From Octopus sinensis (Eukaryota): DNA of 64,000 bases. The DNA lies in NCBI RefSeq assembly GCF_006345805.1, contig NC_043008.1:33852001-33916000 (forward strand), read 5' to 3'. Below, one piece after another: positions 24,790 through 38,380 of the stretch. A program made the position numbers and the translations under genes. Under the pieces are notes generated by a model. It was not told the origin of the DNA. It saw only the letters and a list, made by a program, of their open reading frames with translations, and ran no database searches. Each line of letters opens with the position of its first letter. Position 1 is the stretch's first letter.

Positions 24790-25165
24790 ACAAGCATGGC
24801 TGCATGTTAAGAAACCTGCTTCCTAACCACATGGTTCCAGGTTCAGTCCCACTGTATTCCACCTTGGACAAGTGTCTTCTACTATAACCTCAGGCTAATA
24901 AAGCCTTTGGTAGATGGAAACTGAAAGAAGCTTGTTGTATATGTGTGTGTGTCTGTGTTTGTCCCCCCCCCCCCGCCATCTTTGCTTGACAAATGGTGTC
25001 GGTGTGTTTAGATCCTCATAACTTAGTAGTTCAGCAAAAGGACCCAATAGAATAAATAAATGCTAGGCTTAAAAAAATAAGGCCATGGGTTGATTTGTTC
25101 GACTAAAACCCTTCAAGGCAGTGGTCTGGTATGCCTGGAGTCAAATAACTGAAACAAGTAAAAGA
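24790..25165 (+). mobile_element. SINE family B
   Basis: ggttcagtcccact head and family B body. Confidence 0.8.
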
Positions 25166-25324
25166 ATAAAATTTTAAAATTCCATAGTGTACCTAAAACA
25201 ACATTATTCAATGTGCTCTTCCTGTTTTAAGATGGTATAGTTAGAGTTAAGAGAGACTTGACTGCTATTTCTACCAGGTCAGACAATCACTTTCATTAGC
25301 ACACAGGTACACATATTTGTAAGA

Positions 25325-25535
25325 CGGTGAACTGGCAGAAGCGTTATCATGCTGGGTGAAATGCTTAGTGGTATTTCACCTGCCTTTACGTTCTGAGTTC
25401 AAATTCTGCTGAGTTCGACTTTGCTTTACACCCTTTCGGGGTAGATGAATTAAGTACCAGTTGTGTACTGGGGTCGATCTATTCGACTTGCCCCCTCCCT
25501 ACAAATTTCGGGCCTTGTGTCTAGAGTAGTAAAGA
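25325..25535 (+). mobile_element. SINE family A (well preserved)
   Basis: gaactggcagaagcgttatc...ctgagttcaaattc...gggccttgtgtctagagtag. Confidence 0.85.
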
Positions 25536-25658
25536 AAAGGTACACATATTTGTAATGGGAAATTTTGAGTACTGAGTGTGACTGTTCTGACTTTCAATAA
25601 AGTGTGATATATTTTCTCTATTTCCAAAAAGTCATTCAAATATTTTGTTTACTTTCAG

Positions 25659-25707
25659 ATTATGAATCGCATTTTCATTTTACTTTCTCTCCTGCAAATA
25701 GTTTATA
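25659..25707 (+). CDS. Exon A of a PLAT-domain gene: start codon and signal peptide
   Basis: TTTGTTTACTTTCAG acceptor; ATG at 25662; MNRIFILLSLLQIVY plus 1 nt; GTAAGT donor at 25708 (phase 1). Confidence 0.7.
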
Positions 25708-26320
25708 GTAAGTATTCTAACTTATAACTTCTTTCATGAATTCTTGAAATATTAATTTTCATCTCATCAAAAACATAGACATCGATTCATTTCTGTTTTA
25801 CATAATGTTACATTCTTATATTTCAGTTGCATTATCATAATTGTGTGTGTGATGTGTGTTTGTGTGCATGTGTGTGTGCGTGTATGCATACACACATGCA
25901 TATATGTGTGTGTGAGTTTGTGTGTAAAATGAAACAAAATATAAACAAGTGTTTTACCTTTTACTCTTTTAAGTCATTGGATTGTGGCCATGCTGGGGCA
26001 CTGTCAAACAAATCAACCAGAGCACATACTTTTTTTAAAACCTGGTATTCATTCTATCAGCCTCTTTTGCTGAATCGCTAAGTCATGGTTATGTAAACAA
26101 ACCAACACTAGTTGTAAGGGACAAATACAAACAGAAAAACAGATTCACAAATCAATATACCATATTTTATAAGGAACTCCCTAATTTTTGGGGCTTAAAA
26201 TTTGGAAAAATGGTTTTGTAAGAGATTGTAATACGATCCATATATAAGAAACTCCCATATTTTTTAACCTAATTTTTGAAAACAAAAGGGTTCCTTATAC
26301 ATGTTAAAATAGGGTATATA

Positions 26321-26523
26321 TGAGGTGGAGTGCTGAAAAGTCCTGGCATTAAGGCTATCCTGAAAAGCCTGTTTGGAGGCCCAAACTTAAAAGGTCTTTT
26401 GCAGGGCTTAGAAAAACTGAAGGACCATTCTATGAAAGGGGAATATTTTGAATAAAATTTTAGTTAACTAATCCTCCTGTATTTTCTCTTACCCAAAGCC
26501 AGAAACTTTTCAGCACTTCCTCA
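26321..26523. mobile_element. Mariner-derived MITE
   Basis: TIRs TGAGGTGGAGTGCTGAAAAGTCCTGGC / GCCAGAAACTTTTCAGCACTTCCTCA, TA on the left flank. Confidence 0.7.
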
Positions 26524-26539
26524 TGTGTTTGTATGTCTG

Positions 26540-28090
26540 TATCATCACATCATCATCATAATTTAGAGTCTGCTTTCCATGCTAGCATGGGTTAGACAGT
26601 TTGACTGAAACTGGTAAGCTGGAGAGCTGTACTAAGTTATAGTCATGGCATGGTTTCTAAGGCTGGATGCCCTTCATAACACCAACCACTCCATAAAGTA
26701 TACTGGGTGCCTTTTATATATCACTGGTATGGATCCCAGTTACGTGATACTTGCATCAGTCAAAACTCTGATTTCATTTGGTTTGATGAGTTTTCTCATG
26801 CACAGCAAATTGCCAAAGGTCTCAGTCACCTGTCATTGCCGCCAAGAGGCCCAATGTTCAGATATGCATTCCACGTGCATTTTATGTGCCAGTTATGTGA
26901 CACTGGCATTGGCCACAACTACTATTTCACTTGGCTTGATGAATCTTCTCAAGCACAGCATATCACTTTGATTCTAGATTTGCTATCAAAACCTGAAATT
27001 TCTTCTCTAGTTCTGGTAGTGATTTGCCAATAAGAATAAGGTCATCAGTACAGAGGATCTCCCAGGAACAGCCCGACTTAAATTCCTCTGTTATTGCCTG
27101 GAGGACTATGAAGAACAAGAGGGAGCTGCGGATTGATCATTGGTGAACCCTTACTCATACCCTGAATTCATCGTAGTAATTGTTGCCAACTCTCACCTTA
27201 CTGAGAGCCTCTCTGTACATGGCTTGTACAGCTCTAATTACTCCACATTGACCCCCAGATAAGAGAGTGGGAGACCCTGTCAAAGGCTTTCTCCATATCA
27301 ACAAAAACTAAATACAGAGGTTTATTTTTGGCTCAGTATTTCTCCTTCAGCTTCCTTACCAGAAATATAGCACAGATGGTGCTTCTCCCTGGCACAAAAC
27401 CAAAACTGTGTCTCATTTAGACTAACTCTCTTCCTAATTAGTTGGGCTACAACCCTCTCTATAACTTTCATTGCCTGATGCAACAATTTGATACCTCTGT
27501 AATTGTTTCTGTCTAAGCTGTTGCCTTTACCTTTGAGCAGCTGACAATGGTGTTGCTATACCAGTCATTTGTATAACTTCCTCAGGTATAACGTGAGTAA
27601 CTAGACCATAACCAACACTGTCAGGTATTTTAAACATCTCAGCAGTGATTCCTGATAGTTTGGGGGCTTTCCTAGTCTTCATATTCTTCATGGCTTTATC
27701 TACCATGCTACTGTCTATTCTGATTGGTAGGCAGACTTTCCTTCTCCCATGAGTTCATTACATTTAGTAGCCTTTCATAATGGCACTTCCAAGCCTCTTG
27801 TTTTGCAGTGTCACTAATTACGATTGAATCATCATCCATGTGAACACTCTTTTTCCCAACAACATCACAATTTTCCCTATGTATACCTGCTTGTTAACTT
27901 CCCTTTTAGCTGCCTCAGAGCTGGCCTTGCCATTTCCACTTTCAGTTCAGAGAATTTGGCGATTTTTCAACCTCTTTACTCACAACATTCATGTTAATGG
28001 GTCTGGATACATCAATGATCTGACAGTATTTATCTCTCTTATTCAATATGACAACATCCAACAGACGGTGTTCAATTACATGATCCATCT
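26540..28090 (-). mobile_element. 5'-truncated RTE-clade LINE copy
   Basis: Same 3' end (catcatcat...ctttccatgctagcatgggtt) and same RT-region sequence as 41490-44700. Confidence 0.75.
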
Positions 28091-28127
28091 GAAAATCATA
28101 GATCCAGAGTATCGTTACTTTTCCATC

Positions 28128-29400
28128 CTATTGCATAACTTTACTTGGTACATGCTGAGACCAGTTCTCCATTATTTCATATTGATATTTATGGCATGAG
28201 AGCAAATGAAGATACACACACATTTTATCGTGGTGACGCTTGTATTCTTTTTGTGTAAGGCTCTCACATCCACTTACCAAGTGGGTCCCATTTCCCACAC
28301 TCTTTCCACAGAATCTGCATTTCTGTGTGTCAGAAGTTTTATAGATGTTGTACTTCACTGAATTGGTAGCGAGAGCCTGGTCTTGTGCAGCAATGATCAA
28401 GTTTTAAGTGATATGCTTCAAATCGCCTCACTCAAGCCATGCCCATGATGCTCTATTATCCTTAACGTCCTGTGTATTCCATTCAAACTGTCTATGCATT
28501 CTCATTTCAAGAATGTCATCCAGTTCCAAAATCCCTAAATATCTATCCCCGCTACCGTTGGGTTCACCCATGATCTCTCCTGATGCTAACCACAATCCTC
28601 TGCAGGCTGCTTTCTTCCCACATTTCATATTAAGTACTGAGCATTTGGTAATCCCAAATTCCACACCAATGTCCCTACCACACTCCTGGACTACTTTTGT
28701 TAAGTAATCTGTCTGTTTTTTTAGATTTCCCAAACAATTTCAGGTCATTCATAAACAGAAGATGATTTATTGATGTGCTTTTCTTCCCACATTGGTCACC
28801 CATATTAACTTTCCTAAGTGTCATTGTTATGGGTATTAGTGCAATTACAAATAGTAATGGAGATAACAAGTCACCTTGGAAGATGCCTTTTTTACTAGTA
28901 ACTTCTCCAAGGAGAACTTTACTTGAGTACAATTTGGTTTTCCAGTCTTTCATGCTATGCATCAGAAAATTTGTGATGTTGCTGACAACATCAAACACCA
29001 GCAGACATTCAACGATCCCAGAATGAGGAGGCATCATATCATATGCCTTCTTAAAGTCAAATCCAAGCCATAGACATCTTTGTATGATGTTTTTTACAAT
29101 GCATCAAAACTGTTTTATTGATGACCAGGTGATCCTTGGTACCCTGAGAACTCTTCCTACATCCTTTTTGTTTCCTTGGTAGTATTTCTTCCTATGCCAG
29201 GAAAGCATATGTCTCTGCTGCACATATTCCAGTGAGTATCTTGCAGATGATGTTTAGGAATTCTATGGGATGGTAGAGGCCCACAATATTCCCCTTTCTT
29301 CTATCTTTCATTATAAGTCTTGTCCTCCCATTCACCGTCCATGTAGGGCCTGCACGTTTCTGGATACACTCATTCAATTGGGCTGCTAGTCTTTCATGCA
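28128..29400 (-). mobile_element. R4/Dong-like LINE remnant (RT plus CCHC knuckle)
   Basis: GIFQGDLLSPLLF, HLLFMNDLKLFGKS, AAQDQALATN...CRFC...HLVSGC. Confidence 0.85.
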
Positions 29401-29956
29401 CATTAGTAGTTAATAACAGCCATTGATATGAAAGGTAAGATTAATATTCAGAAAATCTTTGGACTAATATTAATTTTTCATCAAATGAATTGAAGTTTTT
29501 TCTCCAATTTCTGACACTTATTTTCTTTTAGGTTCTGTGGGTCAGAGTAAGACCAGCATATGGAATTCACAATTACAGCCTGAACCAATATCAAAAAGTA
29601 CGTATCAGAATAATATATGCTTTAAGAATATTTGTAGTGTGCTACTGAATTAAATGTTATTCATTTCTGTAATCTTGTATCACCATCTACTTCAGTCTTA
29701 GCAAAATATTAATAAACATATGGTAAGAACAAATTCAGGAAATTGCATTTCCATTGTTTTTCCCAAAATTGCCGTTACTATCTATTGGTCACAGATCCTG
29801 ACAAAAGTATCACCATTTTTCTGTGATGAGGTACAAATTGAGTGTAGAATGCACAGTGCTGCAACAGATACATCAAGGCAGAACATCCAATTCTGAAAAA
29901 ATTATGCCATCTCCTAAACTAGACTAGTAATTTTCTCTTATCAGACCCAAACAAAT

Positions 29957-30300
29957 AACTTTACTTGGTACACGCTAATACCAGTTCTCCATTACTTCAT
30001 ATTGATATTTATGGCATAAGAGCCAATGAAGATACACACACACTTTATCATGGTGACACTTGTATTCTTTTTGTGTAAGGCTCTCACATCCACTTACCAA
30101 GTGGGTCCCATTTCCCAAACTCTTTCCACAGAATCTGCATTTCTGTGTGTCAGAAGCTTTATAGATGTTATACTTCACTGAATTGGTAGCGAGAGCCTGG
30201 TCTTGTGCAGCAATGATCAGGTTTTCAGTGATATGCTTCAAATCACCTCACTCAAGCCATGTCCATGATGCTCTATTATCCTTAACGTCCTGTGTATTCA
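29957..30300 (-). mobile_element. Local duplicate of the R4 CCHC segment (28135-28480)
   Basis: Near-identical translation IIAAQDQALATNSVKYNIYK.SDTQKCRFCGKS. Confidence 0.85.
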
Positions 30301-31539
30301 ATGAATAGAACATCAAAAAAAGCAAATGTTATGTAGCAGTATCACATGTATTCTAGAAACGTTTCTGCTGTCTAATTCAGTCTTAGAAAAGAATTAAAGG
30401 CATCCCAACTCTCTCTGTCTGTTTCTCCCCCCCACCTCCCTCTCACAATTGCTATTCTGCCCACTCTTCTTGATCTTCTCACTCCAGAGCCCAACCTGAC
30501 ACCTTGTTACCACTGTTTTTATCTCTTTTTCTAGATCCACCTTAATTACTTTCACCCACTCTTCTATGGTCCTTTCTACCAAAGGCACAGAGCCTGAAAT
30601 TTTAGGGGTTGGAGCAAATCTATTAGATCAGCCCTCAATGCTTAACTAGTACTTATTTCATTGACCCTTGAAAAATAAAGTCTGCTTCTGCTAAATTTGA
30701 ACTCAGATCATAAAAACAACCAAAATACCACTAAGCATTTTGTCCTGCATGCAAACAATTATTTTTTGCTTACCACCTTTTAACTCTTGTATAATGTGAA
30801 CAGATTTGTATCTCCTTAACAGCAAGAAACCTGTTCCAATCCCCTCTGTTGTACTCAAATGTTTCCTTACTTAGTATAGAACTGCCTCATTTTCTACTGT
30901 AGTTCCATTCAGCCTATGAAGATCATAGTCTTGTAGTCCACATGGCAAATGCAAGGGTTCTGGTGCAATGAAAAAGCATCCAGTGCACTTTGGAAAGTGG
31001 TTGAGAGAAGTAAGGGCCTTCAGACATGCCAAAGCAGACTTTGAAGCAGAAAGCGGTCCTCTGACACATCAGATTCTCTCAAACCATCCAACCCTTGCCA
31101 GCATGGAAGATTGATGTTAAAAGATGATGATGATGACAATGATGAAATCTGTGTGTGTGTGTGTGTGTGCGTGCACGTGTGTGTGCGTGCACGTGTGTGT
31201 GCGTGCACGTGTGTGTGCGTGCAGGTGTGTGTGCATAAGTGTGTGAGCGTGCATGTGTTTATGTGTTCACGTGCATGTGTGCATATTTTCTGGTAGCTTA
31301 TTAAATCCTTTTAATATCAATTAGATAATATTGTACAACTAGGGTACTACAGATGGTTCACCTCACTTAGCAACCAGGAGGAATTATATGTAAATAAACT
31401 AACGTCATGGCTGTGAATCAAATTGTGCCTATGACAACTTTGAAGAAAAATACTAGATTTGTCAAGATTTTACGAGAGTAGAACTCCAAAGAATATTAAT
31501 TAATCAATATTTAATACCTTATTCATCTTAGATTCTTTT

Positions 31540-31745
31540 CTAGTCTAGGCACAAGGCCTGAAGTTTTGGGGAGGGGGTCAGTTGATTAGATCGACCCCAG
31601 TATATAAGTGGTACTTAATTTATTGACCCTGAAAGGATAAAAGCAAAGTCGACCTTGGTGGCATTTGAACTCAGAATGTAAAGAAAGACGAAATACTGCT
31701 AAGCATTTTGCCCGGCGTGCTAACGTTTCTGCCAGCTCGCCACCT
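31540..31745 (-). mobile_element. SINE family A
   Basis: Reverse complement of the family A consensus including the B-box. Confidence 0.8.
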
Positions 31746-31862
31746 TCTTATTTATCTTAGATTGAAATATGAATTTTATTTCCAGTCATAACTCTATTTG
31801 AATATCTAATCCAGCAGAATAATACTATCATTTGCTTGAGGCTTAGAAAACAATAAATAAGC

Positions 31863-31864
<2 letters not shown>

Positions 31865-31893
<29 letters not shown>

Positions 31894-32012
31894 TGTATGT
31901 ATGTATGTATGTATGTATGTATGTATGTATGTGTGTGTATGTGTGTGTATGTATGTATGTATGTATGTGTGTGTGTGTGTATGTATGTATGTATTATGTA
32001 TGTGTGTGTATA

Positions 32013-32043
<31 letters not shown>

Positions 32044-32052
32044 GTGTGTGTA

Positions 32053-32083
<31 letters not shown>

Positions 32084-32217
32084 GTGTGTGTGTATGTGTG
32101 TGTGTATGTATGTATGTATGTATGTATGTATGTAGGTATGTATGTATGTATGTATGTATGTGTGTGTCTGTGTGTATGTATGTATGTATGTATGTATGTA
32201 TGTATGTATGTATGTAT
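31865..32217. repeat. (TATG)n/(TG)n compound microsatellite
   Basis: Direct inspection. Confidence 0.98.
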
Positions 32218-34407
32218 GAGAATGATGCTGAAATTCAACGACTATTAGTGGTGAAGCGCCATGCCCACAGTGTGTTGCTGCACAGTGAACTGTCTACTGT
32301 GCAGCGAACTCTAGCACTTGCCCACTATAACAGTGTAAAATCACTACTGCAGCGATCTCTCAGGAAGATGCAGAACACTTGGTGGGAGGATCTTGCTCGT
32401 GATGCTCAGGCTGCTGCTGATGCAAATGACAGCAAGAAGCTTTACCATCTTATGAAGCGAGCTTATGGACCTAAGAGCTCCACATCAGCTCCTTTGCTTT
32501 CCAAGAAGTCTTCCACTATGTTTACTAAATCAACAGAAATCACAGGTCGCTGGATCGAACACTTCTCTGAACTCCTAAACCATGAGTCAGTTGTGGATGA
32601 AACAGTGATTGATACTATGAAACAAAGACCTATCATTGACTCCTTAGACTCCTCGCCATCAATACATGAAGTAATAACATCAATAAGTAACTTGAATCTT
32701 GGTAGGGCACCTGGAAAGGATGGAATTTGTGCTGAGGACTTGCGATTTGGTGGTAATTGCATCACAAAGTCCCTTCATGAAGTCCCTTTTTAAAGAAAAA
32801 GGAGCCAGAACAATGTGTGGTAACTACAGAGGTATTGCTCTACTATCAGCTGCTGGCAAGGTTCTGGCAAATATTCTTCTTACCTGTCTGAATGGATGTC
32901 TCATAAATGAAGTCCTATCTGAATCTCAATGTGGCTTCCGATCTGGTAGAATGACAATGGATATGATTTTCACAGCAAGACAGATGCAGGAGAAGTGCTA
33001 TGAGCAGAATATGGATCTTGTCCAGGTATTCATTGATTTAACTAAGGCCTTTGATACTGTAAATAGGGCCTTTCTATGGAAAATACTTGGCAAACTTGGA
33101 TGTCCGGATCACTTTGTATCAATAATTAAATCATTTCATGATGGGATGGAGGCTTGGGTCAATGTTGGTGGTGCCATGGCAGGACCCATTCCTGTAGAGA
33201 ATGGTGTTAAGCAGGGTGACATCCTTGCCCCAACTCTCTTTTCTTTGTACTTTGCTGCTACTTTTACTCATGCTAAGGTTAGCTCTCTGGGAATATATGT
33301 CAGATATCGATCTTCTGGCTGCCTCTTTAATCTTCGCCGATTTGCTGCCAATTCAAAGGTTTCCCAGTCTATTATTCGTGACCTCCTTTATGCAGATGAC
33401 TGTGACTTAGTCACTCATACAGTGGATGACATGCAAGTACTCATGAATTGCATTTCTGCTTCTTGCAGGGCATTTGGACTCAGCATTAGCCTGGACAAGA
33501 CTGTTGTAATGTTCCAGCCTGCACCAGGAAATCCATATATAGAACCAGCTATCTTGGTTGAAGGAACGATTCTGAAGGTAGTAAAGAAGTTTGTCTACCT
33601 GGGCAGCACACTCAGCCGTTCTTGCTCCCTGGATGAGGAAATATCTTTCAGGTTGCAGAGAGCAACTAATTCCTTCCGGTCTCTTCAGTCTCGTGTCTGG
33701 TCCCAACATGGCATTGCAAGGAGAACAAAAGTTGCTGTGTACTGTGCTTGTGTACTGACATCACTTCTCTACTCATGTGAGACATGGACTCTATACAAAC
33801 GTCAGGTCAGGGTCCTTGAACGTTTTCATCAGAGATGTCTCAGACACATTCTCAATGTCGGCTGGACCTCAAAAATTCCAGACACACAGATCCTGAGGAC
33901 AGCTGATATCTTGAGTATTGAGGCGGTGGTACACAAGCACAGGTTGCGTTGGACTGGACACCTTATTAGAATGGAGGATAGAAGGATTCCTAAGCAGATG
34001 CTCTATGGAGAACTTGTGAATAGAAGGAGACTCCGGCAGAAACCAAGGCTGCGATTTAAGGACTGTGTCAAGTCCTCGTTAAAGGCCTTTGATATGCAGG
34101 ACACTGACTGGGAGAACAATGCCTGTCATCGCCACAGATGGAGGAAGCAGGTTAAGGAGGGGACCGACACCTTTGAGAGAGCACGTATCCAGCATGAAGA
34201 ACTTAAGCGAGCTGCGCGAAAGCGCACGGCTCGTATAGTGAATGGGAAAAGCTTGGTCTGCAATGTTTGCAGTCGTGTATGCTTGTCAAGAGCAGGGCTC
34301 ATTAGCCACCAACGGAGCCGCAAATGCAAAATATAAGTTAGTCCAGAGCGCACAATGTTCCTGAAGGTCGGCAATGGTCTTCCTCGGTCACGAGTGGACG
34401 GCCATCA
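32218..34407 (+). mobile_element. Young 5'-truncated RTE LINE; ORF2 with RT, broken once by a deletion near 32790
   Basis: YRGIALLS, ESQCGFRSGR, FIDLTKAFDTV, GVKQGDILAP, LYADD, FVYLGS and C-terminal CxxC...H finger in the 545-aa ORF (32699-34336). Confidence 0.95.
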
Positions 34408-34471
34408 TGTATGTATGTATATATGTGTGTGTGTATGTATGTATGTATGTATGTATGTATGTATGTATGTA

Positions 34472-34502
<31 letters not shown>

Positions 34503-34555
34503 ATGTGTGTGTGTGTTTGTGTATGTGTGTATGTATGTATGTATGTATGTATGTA

Positions 34556-34586
<31 letters not shown>

Positions 34587-34670
34587 ATGTATGCATGTGT
34601 GTGTGTGTATGTATGTATGTATGTATGTATGTATGTGTGTGTGTGTGTGTGTATGTATATATGTATGTAT
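34408..34670. repeat. (TATG)n/(TG)n microsatellite (RTE tail or target)
   Basis: Begins immediately after the short RTE 3' UTR. Confidence 0.95.
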
Positions 34671-35313
34671 GCTTGTAAGGATTGATGGATGCATGCATGT
34701 ATGTACATACAAAGTGCTGGAAAGTCTTCAATGTTGCTCTGAAGGCTATTACATCAAAGGGCTTACCAGTGATTCTGAAGTTAATGTAGTCAGCTGTTCC
34801 CACTGCTCCATCTCCTCAGTTATTCTTGGCAGGGTCATGAATTGTAACCTGCCTAGTTCTTGAAGCTGTCAGGTCAGAATTTTCTATCTTTGCTTCTTTT
34901 TCATCCGTCCTCAATTGTGCTCAGAAAAGTGGTTTTGGACAGGGAGTTGTGGCAGGATGCATGGCTGAACCAGACAAGCTTTCACTTTTTTACCTGCACG
35001 AAGAGAGGATCCTATCTGCCAGCATATCCATTGACTTGCTACCTGACAAAGTTGTTTGTCTTGTGTTCTCTGTACAGGATGCACAGCAGCCACCTGAAGC
35101 ACTCAAGTAGGAAGAATACCTTGGTTTTTGGTAGCAGCATCATTAGGTATGAACTGGTACATTGGTTCTCATCTGACTCTCACTATTGTTGCTGAGACCA
35201 TAGTTGGCCACAACTTGATAAGTGTGTCTGCTAGCAGGCTAAACTTAGTGTGGGACTCAATGCATGGAGAGGTGATGGGTACTGACAAATATTTCTAGAC
35301 CCACCAAAATATT

Positions 35314-35351
<38 letters not shown>

Positions 35352-35399
35352 CATCCATCCATCCATCCAACCATTCATCCCCCACATATATATATGAAT

Positions 35400-35770
35400 A
35401 TATATGGCTCTCAAGAACTCTGGGCTAATGAGCCTTCTTCACACTATTCAATGGCACTGCAAGCAAAACATGGACATGATGACCTATGACTTCAAGAGAC
35501 GGTATACACAGTATATACATTCCGTCAGATGCAGAGATAGAAAAAAACCCCCTCCTTACCTGGCTTCAACTGGAGACTTTCCACCTACCTGAATGCACTA
35601 GCATGAAAGAGCCCCAGCTCTGTCTCTATGAAATTTACATATTCTCCATGAACCTTCAGTATCCACAACAGGATAAACAAATTATCTCATCGCAGCCATT
35701 AGAGGTGTGCCCTCATAGGGAACTTTAAGCTGACGACCCGAGTATACCAACTTAGTACTGGCTGCCCCAT
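35400..35770 (+). mobile_element. Penelope-like GIY-YIG C-terminal remnant
   Basis: MT.YDFKRRY.Q.IHS and LCLYEI...CPHR in shifted frames; a CTGACGA hammerhead-like core follows the stop. Confidence 0.5.
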
Positions 35771-36496
35771 AATTTAGCACTGGGTACTTAAACTCTGCTA
35801 CCTGCTCAGACCATAGACTAACTTTCCAACCCTATGTATTTTCTGTAATCTCCCACGATTGTTTTTGCATGTGTATGCAAGTACATGCCTACACACACAC
35901 ATGCTTTCCTTTCTTTCCTTACCATTTTCCTTTCCCCAACTATCATCGAATCTTTATCCCAGGTCAGACCTAGTCACGTATAGCTGCTGTTACCATTACA
36001 TGTCACCTAACAAAATGCGCCTTTACATCCGTACACACACATGCTCACACGCTGATCTCATGTATGCTCGTACTAGAACATACACAAAAAATGCTCAAAT
36101 GCACACATGCATGCACTCACACACACATATGCATGAAATGTGTACACTCACACTAATGCAGCAGACATACTCGCCACACACACATTTACATATGTACCAA
36201 ATGCATAAACTCACGCACTCATAAAGCAGGCATACTCCAACTCACATGCACGAGTGCAAGTGTACCACCACTTCTTTTCACTTAAGATTCTCACCCACAT
36301 CACCCACCGACGTGCCACAAACATTCTATCCAACTATGTGGTCCAAGAAATACGGAATTGAGGCTTCTAGTTGATGTATTTGATGTTACTAATTGTTCGG
36401 TACTTATGGCGAGAACACCATGTGACCCACCTTGACCAATATGTGCCCAATCTTCAGTAATCATGTTGCATTTCTTCCATCTCTCCATTCAGTCTC

Positions 36497-36552
36497 CTAA
36501 ACCTGAAGAGCTAGGTTCGCGTGAAGTGCCTTCGAAACTTTAAGTTGTGTTG
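36497..36552 (+). ncRNA. Degenerate type I hammerhead motif
   Basis: CTGAAGA at 36503-36509 ... AGG/CCT stem ... C-GAAAC-TTTAA-GTT. Confidence 0.45.
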
Positions 36553-37049
36553 AGCTGAATCAGAGTGTTATTAAATACCAATATATGTACTCCTAGGAAA
36601 TGTGTTGAATAACTCTTTCTTACTTTTGTCCATTCAGACGTATAAATATGTACGTGATGGGGGTGTAACCTACGTAGTATACATATAAACAGTGTTAATT
36701 TATCCATATTTCGGAGATTGAAAAAGAATGACAAACAGCTTTAATCCATTTTCGAACCTTATTGGATTCTCATCACAAGTGTCTACATCACTTGACCAAT
36801 CCCAGAGAAATGAGTAGACAATCTGTTTTTATACACGACAGATCCATTAGCTTCAGAGAACTGGAGCTATTCATTTGTAAGCTGTAGGTATTTAACACTT
36901 TATTTGACACCAATAGACTGTCAATGGAGATTCGTACAAATATACAATGAGCTATTTTCAGGTTCTCTCTACCAAATCCACTCACAATGCTTTCGTCAAT
37001 TTGGGGTTATAACAGAAGACACTTGTCCAATGTGCTCCTCGTTCAATCC

Positions 37050-37430
37050 TACAGCTTGACACTTAGGGCAAATACCTTTTGCTATAGCCCCAGAGCAACC
37101 AAAGCTTTGTGAGTAGATTTAACAGACAAAATCTCAAAGAAGCTTATCCTATATGTATGTGTGTGTGTGCATGCGTGCGTGTATATGTCTGTGTGTGTCT
37201 TTGCATTTGTGTTTGTGTGTGTCTTTGCGTTTGTGTTTGCCCTACCACCACTACTTCACCACCAGTGTTGGTTTTTTCACATTCCTGTAATGTAGCAGTT
37301 TGGCAAAAGAGATTGATTTAATAAGTACCAGGTTTTAAGCAATAAGTACTGGAGTCGATTCGTTCGACTAAAATCCTTCGAGATGGTGCCCTAGCATGGC
37401 CGTAGTTCAATGACTGAAAGAAGTAAAATA
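37050..37430 (+). mobile_element. SINE family B
   Basis: Family B body ending cagttcaatgactgaaagaagtaaaa. Confidence 0.75.
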
Positions 37431-37506
37431 TAAAATGTATACAAACAGTATTATTACAAACAGTCAATCTATGTAATAAACATTATCTTATGGTGTTTCG
37501 TTTCAG

Positions 37507-37751
37507 ATTACTGCTGGAGAATCAAATTTTATATTTCAAGCAAACTTTTGTCTGGAACCTCAAATTATTTCACTGTTCAATTAATCAATGATGAAACAAG
37601 TGTTTTCTCAAATACGTTATCTTGTGCAAATAAATGTGAAAGGGGATCTCAACCAAGCTTTGATTTTTGCACTCCTCAAATTGATCCAGTAAAAGAATTA
37701 AAATTAAATGAAATGGAAAAATATTTCTTTAGTGGTTGGACATTGGAAAGT
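37507..37751 (+). CDS. Exon B of the PLAT-domain gene (PLAT/LH2 core)
   Basis: GTTTCGTTTCAG acceptor and GTAAGT donor at 37752; 245 nt, phase 1 to phase 0. WRIKFYISSKLLSGTSNYFTVQL...CERGSQPSFDF...VKELKL...SGWTLES matches the PLAT pattern (AGT.a.V.i.l, FERG...F, W.le.v). Confidence 0.82.
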
Positions 37752-38149
37752 GTAAGTATTTGGATAGAATTCTCATTTTTAATCTATGTGTTTGTGTGTA
37801 TGTGGCTGTGTGTACATATAAGTGTGGCTGTGTGTGTGCATGTGTGTGCGTAATGCGCGCGTGTGTGTGTGAATGTGCATGATTTTGCTGCATTATCATG
37901 TTACTTAAAAGTTCCTGTTTTCAATTCAGGTAATAACATATTAGTATCAAGCTCTTTGACTACTTTCTTACGTTACTTTCAATCCAGGTAATGAAACAGG
38001 TACATTAATATAAGGATATAAAGATATCTCCTTCTAATGTGGAACACAGTCATCTCTCTCTCCTTCCCATTCACTCTTTCTTCCTCTCTCACTCTCTCAA
38101 ACACACACTAATACACATATACATACAAACACATGCATACACACACACT

Positions 38150-38335
38150 CATACATAGATAGACAGATATACATACATACACACATACATACACACACAC
38201 ACACATACATACATACATACATACATACATACATACATACATACATACATACATACATGCATACATACACGCACATACATACATACATACATACAGTCAT
38301 ACATACATACATACATACATACATACATACATACA

Positions 38336-38366
<31 letters not shown>

Positions 38367-38380
38367 GTATACATACATCA
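38150..38380. repeat. (CATA)n microsatellite
   Basis: Direct inspection. Confidence 0.97.

Noticed and set aside
31843-32248. Long MYVC/HTYI ORFs (also 34338-34863, 38097-38448, 46997-47755, 49306-50043, 63112-63466)
   Set aside because: Translations of (TATG)n/(CA)n/(TA)n microsatellites, not genes
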